Shown: positions 9,716 through 17,488 of the stretch, piece after piece | Numbering within the stretch: the first letter of the stretch is position 1 | How the letters are laid out: each line of letters begins with the position of its first letter | Program-made: the position numbers and the translations under genes | The notes under the pieces: generated by a model | Told to the model about the DNA's origin: nothing | Seen by the model: the letters and a program-made list of their open reading frames with translations, nothing else | The model's database searches: none | IMG/VR virus record: IMGVR_UViG_3300031772_000007 | Span: 1-64,000 of that record | Source of the DNA: a virus | Length of the DNA stretch: 64,000 bases | Direction: 5' to 3' (one strand)

Positions 9716-10179
9716 AGGATCGGTGTCACCACTGGACCGGGTAGAGTAGCACTTCCGCCGATGTTCGCGACGTGCAGAACCGCCGCGATGGCATCGCAGG
9801 CGTCCTGGAGACTCAGGCTACCGACCGTGTTGGCAAGGAAGACCGGCACCAGCACCGCCGCGATGGTTGCCAGGTTCGGGGGTGGGGTGACGACCGTGGC
9901 AGTCGGGAAGTAGAGGGTTGGGCTCGCGGCGAGCGCGCCCCAGAACGCCGCGACGCCCGCCTGGATGGCCACCGCGCCCGTCACGCTCATCCCCACCAGC
10001 GCCGCAGCCATCGCCGCCTTCGCCGCAGGCACCGTCGAGACGAAGGGTACCGCCCCCGCCGCCGCATCGGAGAAGTAGGTCTGCCACGCCTGCGCCAGCC
10101 GCGTCACCGCCGTCACCTCGTCTCCCGTCGGGGCGAGGGTCTGGAGCTGCGTGGAGAGGGTGGCGGAGGACATCGGCAT
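9712..10179 (-). CDS. hypothetical baseplate-region protein
   Basis: 155 aa, Ala-rich, directly after the spike gene. Confidence 0.55.
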   Translation of the reverse strand: MPMSSATLSTQLQTLAPTGDEVTAVTRLAQAWQTYFSDAAAGAVPFVSTVPAAKAAMAAALVGMSVTGAVAIQAGVAAFWGALAASPTLYFPTATVVTPPPNLATIAAVLVPVFLANTVGSLSLQDACDAIAAVLHVANIGGSATLPGPVVTPIL

Positions 10180-10182
10180 GGC

Positions 10183-10881
10183 TTACCCGTCGGGGATGGT
10201 CACCTTGGAGGACTTCGCCAGCGTGCTCATGCTGGGGAGCGGGGTCGCGGTGTTGCCTGATGGCCCCACCCCGGTCGGGTGAATGTGCGCGTCGAAGATC
10301 GGCTTCGCCACGGTGTTCCAGAACGTCTCCAGAGCCTCGTAGATGGTGACGGACTTCGAGCCATCGAGCACCTTCAGCGTCCCCGCGTTGTCCCGCCCCA
10401 TCTCCACCGTCGGGCAGTTGACAATGACCTTCGTCTCGCTGTCCACCTGCACCTGCCCGCCACCGCTCACCTTGAGCCGCAGGTTGCGGTCCTTCTCGAC
10501 GACGAGCATCACCTCGGTCGGATCGCTGATGGCCTCCTGCGGCGGGAGGTCGGACGCGGAGTAGAGCCTCCGAGTGACAACGTACCCCTCCGCCGAATCT
10601 CCCGAAGGAGCCTCCACCAGCAGTTCGTCGTTCTTGTGGATCTGCCCCAGGTAGATGCCGAAGCCCGGACCCGAGTAGTCGAAGGCGACCCGCGCGGTGT
10701 GCTGTTCTCCGCTCGGAACGAGCGTCACGTCCACGAAGACCCCGTGCCACGGGTCCACCACCGACTCCCCACGGGCGTAGGCGAGCGAGATCCAGATGCG
10801 GGTGTCCATCCCCGGACGCGCGAGCATCTGCCCGAGCCGGTGCGCGTCCATCTGCCCGCTGACCCTGGAGCGTCGGAGCAT
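10183..10881 (-). CDS. baseplate central spike (gpV-like)
   Basis: 232 aa; OB-fold-like N-terminus; C-terminal HxH metal-binding motif FDAHIHPTGVGPSG. Confidence 0.85.
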   Translation of the reverse strand: MLRRSRVSGQMDAHRLGQMLARPGMDTRIWISLAYARGESVVDPWHGVFVDVTLVPSGEQHTARVAFDYSGPGFGIYLGQIHKNDELLVEAPSGDSAEGYVVTRRLYSASDLPPQEAISDPTEVMLVVEKDRNLRLKVSGGGQVQVDSETKVIVNCPTVEMGRDNAGTLKVLDGSKSVTIYEALETFWNTVAKPIFDAHIHPTGVGPSGNTATPLPSMSTLAKSSKVTIPDG

Positions 10882-12795
10882 CTATCCCCGCCCCTTCCCG
10901 AAGTGGATCTGACCCAGCGTTGCCGTGACCGTCTCCTCGCCCGTGCAGATCCCCAAGTCCGTCGGCGGGAAGTTGGGTGTCGGAATGCCTCGCGGGATGT
11001 CGATGTGGATCGGGTTCAGGACGAGCGCCTTGGGCGGTCCCTGCGTCGCGTCCTTCTGCACGTCGTACCGCGCCTCGACGTAATTCTGGAAGTCGAAGTC
11101 GATGGCGACGCCCGACTCTGCCCCCCAGGTGAACTTCACGTTGGACACCCGGAAGGTGCTCTGCAATCCTGTCACCGCTCCCCGTCCCGTCGCCGCTGCT
11201 ACCCGTGCCAGGTTCGCGTTCCCCAAGCGGGTCGTCAGCTCCTTCACGTCCTCTTGGAAGCTCCGTCCTTCGCGCGCGGTCAGAGCATGGACCGTCGGGG
11301 GGTAGCCTTCGGGGTCCATCGGCACCGTGCCGATGTTGATGGCGTCCCCCGGCTTCATCCTCACCAGATCGGGGTCCTGATTCCCCCCGCCGAAACTCGC
11401 CAAGTTCCGCGTCGAAATGGAGCCTCCCATCTCCTGCCGTCCGACCTCCTCGTAGATGCTCTTGGCGATCTGGAGGAGTTGCTTCTTGCTCCTGACGTTC
11501 GGAACCTTGATGACCGTGACATCCTGATGCGCCGACTGCCCGCTGGATGAAACGCTCGTCACCTTCGCTGCGTTCACCTTCTCGGTGTCGGTGTCTGAGG
11601 CTTGCGCGGGGTACGTCACGTCCAACAACTTGCCCGCTCCCCGCTGCTTAGAGCTGGAGTCCCAGCTCACACACTTCACCGCGGGGACCTTCTTGCCCCC
11701 CAGCTTGCGCTCAATCTTCAGGTTCAGGATGTCCCGCCCGAAAACGATGCGCCGGAAGGCGAACTTCAGCGGGTTCGACAGGAAGGGCTGCCCCACTTCG
11801 CGGTCCTTCCCGTTCTTGAACGGGGTGGGGAATCGCGCCTCTCGGTTGTTCGGGTTCTCCTGCATTCGGTAGTCGTACAGGTTCCGGGTCGGCTGGATGT
11901 GCAGCTCCTTCCCCACGAAGAAGGGGATGGCTCCGACGAGGAAGCAGTATTGGATGATGATGTCCCAGAAGCTCATCGTGTCCGCGCCGCCCGCGGTGGA
12001 GGTGGTCGGCTTCTGCCCCGCCGCATCCAAGGAGACGCGGGTCAGCCCATCCTTGTCCTTCGGGCTCGGGATGTACCCGTCCGGCCAGCTCGTCGGGTCC
12101 GCGGGGATGACGGGGATCTTCGCATCCGCCAGGAGTGGGTGCGCGCTGATGATCTGCTTCACCACCTCGGCGACGTTCTTCGACAGGTTCAACTTGGAAA
12201 GCATCGTCGGGGTCGTCGGGATGTCGAGGAGCACCCCTCGCAGGTCCCGCCCCTCCATGCGGACCTCAGAGCCCTTGTCGGTGTGGTCCACCGTGATGTC
12301 GTCCACCACCCCTGCAAGCACAAGGTTGTCCCGGCTGACCGCCAGGATGCTCTTGCGTGGAGGGTTGGTCCCCTTGAACGGGATGGCCCGCTCCAGCATT
12401 CCGTCCGCGAAGTCGTCGGCGGGAACCGCGTCGAGGTGGATCGCCACCGAGGCTGCGCGAATCGTCCGCGGGTCGAAGGGGAAGTCCCGGTACTCGTAGA
12501 GGAGGCTGAACTTCCCCGCCTGCCGGTAGCCGGACAACTCGACAGACGCCGACTTCGGCACCATCGCCAGGGTGTGCGTCAGCCCGTCTGCGCTCTCCCG
12601 GAAGACCAGGGGCTCCGTCGCCGGAGAGGTGGTCGGCGTCGTGCTCTGCGCCGCCGCATCGGTGGACAGCGGATCCGGGGTGTCCGGGTTGACCACCAGC
12701 GCCTCGTCGAAGCGGATCTCCACGAGCGCGGCGAGGCTCGGATAGTAGACCTGCGCCGTCTTCTTGATGTCGTAGATGGCTGGAGTCCGCGCCAT
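10882..12795 (-). CDS. baseplate hub protein (gp27/gpD-like)
   Basis: 637 aa; GVVDDI...VRMEGRD..G.LLD motif; lies between the LysM protein and the spike. Confidence 0.75.
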   Translation of the reverse strand: MARTPAIYDIKKTAQVYYPSLAALVEIRFDEALVVNPDTPDPLSTDAAAQSTTPTTSPATEPLVFRESADGLTHTLAMVPKSASVELSGYRQAGKFSLLYEYRDFPFDPRTIRAASVAIHLDAVPADDFADGMLERAIPFKGTNPPRKSILAVSRDNLVLAGVVDDITVDHTDKGSEVRMEGRDLRGVLLDIPTTPTMLSKLNLSKNVAEVVKQIISAHPLLADAKIPVIPADPTSWPDGYIPSPKDKDGLTRVSLDAAGQKPTTSTAGGADTMSFWDIIIQYCFLVGAIPFFVGKELHIQPTRNLYDYRMQENPNNREARFPTPFKNGKDREVGQPFLSNPLKFAFRRIVFGRDILNLKIERKLGGKKVPAVKCVSWDSSSKQRGAGKLLDVTYPAQASDTDTEKVNAAKVTSVSSSGQSAHQDVTVIKVPNVRSKKQLLQIAKSIYEEVGRQEMGGSISTRNLASFGGGNQDPDLVRMKPGDAINIGTVPMDPEGYPPTVHALTAREGRSFQEDVKELTTRLGNANLARVAAATGRGAVTGLQSTFRVSNVKFTWGAESGVAIDFDFQNYVEARYDVQKDATQGPPKALVLNPIHIDIPRGIPTPNFPPTDLGICTGEETVTATLGQIHFGKGRG

Positions 12796-12798
12796 GCT

Positions 12799-13935
12799 CT
12801 ACACCCCCGCCGCGCCGAACTTCGGCACGATGACCGTCGTGCCTGCCGTCAGCCTGCTCTGGTGAAGTCCGTTGAACTGCGCGAGGCGCTGCCACTCCGA
12901 CGGAGTGCCGTAGAACTGCGTGCTGATGTCCCGGAGGTTCTGCCCGTCCTTCGACACGATGATCGCCAGCACCGTCTGCCCGGGTTGCTGTGCGCTCATC
13001 TCCTGCGAGCGCCGGATGGCTGCCGCCCGAAGCTCCCGGAACTGCCGCTGGAGAGAGCGACTTCGGTGCGCCGAGTCCGTCAGCCGCCCGAGTCCCACCA
13101 CCGGCTGATTCGTGCCCTGCGTCACGAGAGTCTGAGCGGGTTGCTGGCGCAGCGAGGCAATCGCCTCCCCGGATTGCTGCCCCAACCGAAGGTAGATGCC
13201 GCCGAGCCGCTTCACCGTCGAGCCGGTGTCCACCACCGCCAGGTAGTTCCGCGACACGACATCCATGCTCTCCCCGACAAGGTTGGAGATCGCCGCCGTG
13301 TACCGAACCACCTCGTCCGCGACTCCCTTCACCACGTTGACCGCCGCCAGCCAGCTCGACGCGGTGGCGAGCGCCTTCAAGAACCAGTTGTTGATCTCCT
13401 CATTCGCTTGCGAGGGGTCGGTCGGCGCGTTGAAGGCGACGGCTTGCTGTGGCTCACCTTGCGACACCCACTCGAACTCCATCTCCCAATTCACGTCCTC
13501 GCGTCGGTCCCAGGCGTGCGAGAACTTGCGGAGGATGCCGTGGTACACCAGCTCGTCCCAAGTGACGCGGAGGAGCTGCCCGCGCCGCCTGATGCGGTCG
13601 GCCATCTTCACGAGATTCATCACATCGCGCACGTCTTGGTCGCAGAAGAGGGCGATGCCGGTATTCTGCACAAACTTGACGTTGCCTGCGGCGTCCGGGT
13701 CGGTGAGCTGCCGGATGAAGCGGTCCTTCCACATCCCCTGGAACGTCGTGCTCCCCTCGTTCGCTCCGAGAACCTGGACCGTGGCAACGGGGTTCCCGGG
13801 GTAGCGGGTGAACTCCGCGCGCATCTCCCCGGTGAACTTCGGGCCACGGTACGGCATCGCCCGCCCGAACAGCTCCAGGGAGAGGGGGTTGTTGCCGGTG
13901 ATCTCCTGAATCTTGAAGGAGGTGGGGTCGCCCAT
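12799..13935 (-). CDS. tail tube initiator with C-terminal LysM domain
   Basis: 378 aa; C-terminal GQNLRDISTQFYGTPSEWQRLAQFNGL...L.AG...IVP. Confidence 0.8.
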   Translation of the reverse strand: MGDPTSFKIQEITGNNPLSLELFGRAMPYRGPKFTGEMRAEFTRYPGNPVATVQVLGANEGSTTFQGMWKDRFIRQLTDPDAAGNVKFVQNTGIALFCDQDVRDVMNLVKMADRIRRRGQLLRVTWDELVYHGILRKFSHAWDRREDVNWEMEFEWVSQGEPQQAVAFNAPTDPSQANEEINNWFLKALATASSWLAAVNVVKGVADEVVRYTAAISNLVGESMDVVSRNYLAVVDTGSTVKRLGGIYLRLGQQSGEAIASLRQQPAQTLVTQGTNQPVVGLGRLTDSAHRSRSLQRQFRELRAAAIRRSQEMSAQQPGQTVLAIIVSKDGQNLRDISTQFYGTPSEWQRLAQFNGLHQSRLTAGTTVIVPKFGAAGV

Positions 13936-13939
13936 CGCT

Positions 13940-15694
13940 CTACCTCACAACCGGGACAGAGAAGGGGCTGATGCCCTGAACGCGCCGCTCCCCCAGCGTC
14001 GCCAGATCGTTCGTGAACGCCACCGCGATGCGGTCGGGATCGAAGCCTTCCGCGAATTTTTGAGATATGTCGAAGCGCGCGTTGGGAAAATTGAAGTTGG
14101 TTCCGCCCTTCGCCTTGTCCAGCGCCCCCTCTTTCCGTCGTCTAGCACCCTCTGCGAGCGCTTGCTCTCCCGCGCGCCTAGCGGCGGCCTCCTCCGCCTT
14201 CCGGTCGGCCTCGCGCCAGTAGTCCGTCTTGCGGAACTTGCCCCAATCCCCCGCAGAAACGTCGCGCAGCATCATCACGATGACCTGTACGACCTTAAAC
14301 ACCCAGTCGATGACATCCCCGACCTGCATCGCCATCGCGGCGATGCCCTTGGTTACGCCCTCAAGCGGTCCTCCGGTCCCGAACGTTTCGCCCAGCAAGT
14401 CCACGATGTAGGAAACGCGGTCGGACACCCGGTTCCAGGTGTCGATAAAGAAGTCGCGGATGCTGTAGGTGTTGTTCTTAATCATCACGAACACCGCGCC
14501 GACGGCAGCAGCTACGACGGCCAGCAGCGCTATAACGGAGGCGGCTATCGCGAGGGCGGGAAGTGCCGCCGCAATCTTGGCGAACAGCGCGGTAGCCGGG
14601 GCCGCCGCAGCGGGCGCTGCACCCGCGGCCGAAGAGGCGGCCAGCATTCCGGCCATCGGCGTCGCAGCCTTCGCGAATACTCCCTCCGAGACGTTGGCCG
14701 CGACCCCCTTCCGACCAAACCGCTTCATGACTGTTTCCGCAACCGACCCGGCAGCACCGAACCCCTTTCTTCCCGCGCCAATTACCAAGTCCCCGAGCCC
14801 CTTGCCCGTCAACCGCATGAGAGCGAAATTGAACAGGAGCACCTTGGAGATTTTCATAAGCGTCTCCAGATGGTCGCGCAGGTAGCTGCCAAGCGCCTTA
14901 CCGAACTTCTGCGCCTTCTCCGCCCACACGTCCAAGTTGTCGCGGACGTAGGTGAGCATCTTCTCGATGGCGGGCAGGAGCCTCACCGCTAGGAGCATCT
15001 GGATGTCGCCCCACTTGTTCTTGATTTGGAACTGAAGCTTGCGGATGCGGTCCACCATCGAGACATTTTCCTCGGTGGCGATGCCGAGCCTCTTGAACTC
15101 ATCGACGCTCTTTTTCAGCTCCACCGGCCCCTTGCTCAGCATGTCGATGAACTTGCGCGCCGTCTCCGGTTGCATTCGGTAGAGGTTCATCAACTGCTGC
15201 TGGGTAAGCTTGTTCTTCTCGGCCAGCTCCGCCATCTTGAAGATGGCCTTCTCCGGCCCCTTGTTGATGTCGATGCCCATCGCCTTGAACTGCGCGCGCA
15301 TCCCGCCGCCCATGCCGGAGACGCGGCCCATCGACATCTCCATGCGCGCGCCGACCTTGCTCATCATCGTCAGGGCGCGGGTGGCCTCGTGCCCCTCGAT
15401 GCCGAACGACTCCATCGCGTCGAGCATCCCGCCCGTGCTCTGCGTGGTCATGTGCGTCAGGTCACTGATGCGCTTGACGTTGGTGAGGAAGTCCATCGTC
15501 TCGCCGACGGCGTGCTTCAGCGAGAGCGCGCCCATCGCCGCGCCAGCGATGACGGACATCGTGCCAAGCGTGTTCGACATGCTGTTGAACAGCCCGTTGA
15601 CCTTGCTCGCCGCGCCGTGGATAGCGCGCAGCGGGCCGGTCGCCGCGTCGATGACGCGCAGGTAGGTGTTGACGTTCTGCTGTACGTCCGCCAC
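13940..15694 (-). CDS. tape measure protein
   Basis: 584 aa helical, Ala/Met/Lys-rich with a hydrophobic segment; follows the chaperone pair. Confidence 0.85.
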   Translation of the reverse strand: MADVQQNVNTYLRVIDAATGPLRAIHGAASKVNGLFNSMSNTLGTMSVIAGAAMGALSLKHAVGETMDFLTNVKRISDLTHMTTQSTGGMLDAMESFGIEGHEATRALTMMSKVGARMEMSMGRVSGMGGGMRAQFKAMGIDINKGPEKAIFKMAELAEKNKLTQQQLMNLYRMQPETARKFIDMLSKGPVELKKSVDEFKRLGIATEENVSMVDRIRKLQFQIKNKWGDIQMLLAVRLLPAIEKMLTYVRDNLDVWAEKAQKFGKALGSYLRDHLETLMKISKVLLFNFALMRLTGKGLGDLVIGAGRKGFGAAGSVAETVMKRFGRKGVAANVSEGVFAKAATPMAGMLAASSAAGAAPAAAAPATALFAKIAAALPALAIAASVIALLAVVAAAVGAVFVMIKNNTYSIRDFFIDTWNRVSDRVSYIVDLLGETFGTGGPLEGVTKGIAAMAMQVGDVIDWVFKVVQVIVMMLRDVSAGDWGKFRKTDYWREADRKAEEAAARRAGEQALAEGARRRKEGALDKAKGGTNFNFPNARFDISQKFAEGFDPDRIAVAFTNDLATLGERRVQGISPFSVPVVR

Positions 15695-15695
15695 G

Positions 15696-15953
15696 CTATC
15701 CTCCGCCGTTGGCGAGCCGCATCGCCTCGCCTTCCTTCTCCACCAACTCGGCCACCTTCACGGACAGCTTCCTCAAGTCCGCGACCGGCAGGCGCAGCAT
15801 CGCGTCCGCCGGTTGGTGGCCGTACCTGCCGAGGAAGGCCACCGTCTCCCAAATCTCGTCTTCGTGAGACTTTCCCTCGCCGAGCCGAGCGAACGCGAAG
15901 CAGAGCGACGCCAGCGCTAGGCCACGCGAACCTGTCGGCTGCGAAGAAAATCC
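15696..15953 (-). CDS. tail assembly chaperone extension (gpT-like), reached by -1 frameshift
   Basis: -1 frame open from slippery G GAT TTT (15947-15953) to TAG just before the tape measure gene; IWETVAFLGRYGHQP...MLRLP resembles gpT tails. Confidence 0.7.
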   Translation of the reverse strand, partial: GFSSQPTGSRGLALASLCFAFARLGEGKSHEDEIWETVAFLGRYGHQPADAMLRLPVADLRKLSVKVAELVEKEGEAMRLANGGG

Positions 15954-16285
15954 TCGGCAGCTCCCTCCGGCGGAGAGTGCAGCTCCGCGTAGGCCGACAG
16001 GACGAGGTTGCGGACCTTGGGGTTCATCTTGCCCCAAGCGGTGTCGGCGCTCCCGTCCGCAAGCTTGACCGGCTGACCGTTGACCTCGACGAGGCACTGC
16101 TTCGCCAGCTCGTAGGCGAGCCGGATGGGGTCGTTCTTGGCGCGCTTCGTCGCCAGGACTTCCTCCTCCGCCGTCAGCTCAACGAGCCCGACCACCGTCA
16201 CGTCGCCGCCCACGTTCTCAGGCACTTCGTAGACGTACACCGGCCTCGACGCCCTCTGTCCTGCTCTCTCCAGCTCGTTGCCCAT
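15917..16285 (-). CDS. tail assembly chaperone (gpG-like)
   Basis: 122 aa between tube and tape measure genes; ends AAEDFLRS at a slippery site. Confidence 0.8.
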   Translation of the reverse strand: MGNELERAGQRASRPVYVYEVPENVGGDVTVVGLVELTAEEEVLATKRAKNDPIRLAYELAKQCLVEVNGQPVKLADGSADTAWGKMNPKVRNLVLSAYAELHSPPEGAAEDFLRSRQVRVA

Positions 16286-16313
16286 GTTCTACCCCCTGCC
16301 TTTGGTGTTGGTG

Positions 16314-16742
16314 TTACAGCTTCTGGACGTCCGATCCCTCGAAGTCCAACGTGACCGCGCCGTAGTCCGCGCGTCCCGCGAAGTTCATCGGCAGCTCGCC
16401 GAAGAACACGTCCGGCAGGAAGACGCGAGGCGTCTCGCCGTTCGGGAAGTTGAGGGTCGCCTTGACGTTGATCTTCGTCCCCGGGGTGCGCCGCTTCGCG
16501 CGGTCGATGATGGCGAAGGCCAGGTCCAGGATGTCCTGATTCTCGAAGTGCAGCTCCATCCGTCCGCGGACCCCGTTGTAGATCTCGTCGTAGCGGTTGG
16601 TCTTCTCCCCGAGGTAGCCTTCCTCCTTCTTCTCCAGCTTCGCGGCGACCTCGAAGCTCCGAACGTCGGTGATGGTGTCCTGGATGACGCCGTCCGCCAC
16701 CAGGATAACTTCGACCTCTTGGCCCTTAATTCTTTGCGACAT
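16314..16742 (-). CDS. tail tube protein
   Basis: 142 aa acidic beta-type protein downstream of the sheath; GAAAGGTG RBS. Confidence 0.85.
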   Translation of the reverse strand: MSQRIKGQEVEVILVADGVIQDTITDVRSFEVAAKLEKKEEGYLGEKTNRYDEIYNGVRGRMELHFENQDILDLAFAIIDRAKRRTPGTKINVKATLNFPNGETPRVFLPDVFFGELPMNFAGRADYGAVTLDFEGSDVQKL

Positions 16743-16774
16743 ACCGTTTTCACCTTTCCTTTTCGGCCTTGTTT

Positions 16775-16784
16775 TGTTATGCTA
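16775..16784 (+). promoter_or_regulatory. extended -10 promoter (TGnTATGCT) for the + strand HNH gene, overlapping a minus-strand TAGCAT -10 upstream of the tube gene
   Basis: TGTTATGCTA in an AT-rich intergenic patch, followed by an AAGGAGG RBS. Confidence 0.45.
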
Positions 16785-16806
16785 CCCCGGCCAAGGAGGG
16801 CGCAGC

Positions 16807-17361
16807 ATGAGCTTGAAAATCAACCTGACTGGAGAGCGGTTCGGTAGATGGGTGGTACTGGAAATGGTGCAGGAGCGGCATCGAGGGCAGCTTTGCTGGC
16901 GCTGCCGCTGCGACTGCGGAACCGAGGAGATGCTGCCGGGATTCATCCTCCGCAGCGGCAAGTCGAAGTCCTGCGGCTGCCTGCGCCGAGAGATGGGTGT
17001 TGCGCGGGGTGGTGCAAGTAGGAGGCACGGTGAAGGGATGAACGGCAAGGAGACGCCTGAGTACCGAGCCTGGACGAACATGCTCAGTCGTTGTCGAAAT
17101 CCCAACCACAAGATGTACCCCGACTACGGTGGTCGAGGCATCTCGGTCTGCAAGCGCTGGGAGCTGGCCTACGAGAACTTCCTCACAGACGTTGGCCGCC
17201 GCCCTACCGAGTTCCACTCCATCGACCGCATCAACAACGATGGGAACTACGAGCCTGGAAATGTGCGCTGGGCCACCTACCAGGAGCAGAATCGAAATCA
17301 GCGTCGTCGAGGCGAAGGTTCCAAAGCTCGTCTGAAGTCGGTTCAGCATCCATCTCCTTAA
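16807..17361 (+). CDS. HNH homing endonuclease, inverted relative to the tail operon
   Basis: AAGGAGG RBS; LTGERFGRWVV...WRCRCDCG...SKSCGC...PEYRAW..M..RC.NP....YGGRGI.VC.RW...SIDRINNDGNYEPGNVRWAT..EQ.RN. Confidence 0.93.
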   Translation: MSLKINLTGERFGRWVVLEMVQERHRGQLCWRCRCDCGTEEMLPGFILRSGKSKSCGCLRREMGVARGGASRRHGEGMNGKETPEYRAWTNMLSRCRNPNHKMYPDYGGRGISVCKRWELAYENFLTDVGRRPTEFHSIDRINNDGNYEPGNVRWATYQEQNRNQRRRGEGSKARLKSVQHPSP

Positions 17362-17399
17362 ACACAAAACGCGCGAGTCCCGGGAGGGAAACTCGCGCG
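17360..17399 (-). terminator. rho-independent terminator (minus strand)
   Basis: 9-bp stem CGCGCGAGT/ACTCGCGCG followed on the minus strand by TTTTGTGTTT. Confidence 0.6.
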
Positions 17400-17488
17400 C
17401 CCTATTTCCAGGGGGCTCATTCCCTGGACGAAGCCGCTCACTACAGGAGGACCCAAGAATGCCTCGGGTCCTCCCCGCCCGTCAAGTG

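Noticed and set aside
16743-17488. Group I intron carrying the HNH
   Set aside because: Both flanking genes are complete, the HNH is antisense, and the non-coding flanks are too short for an intron core.
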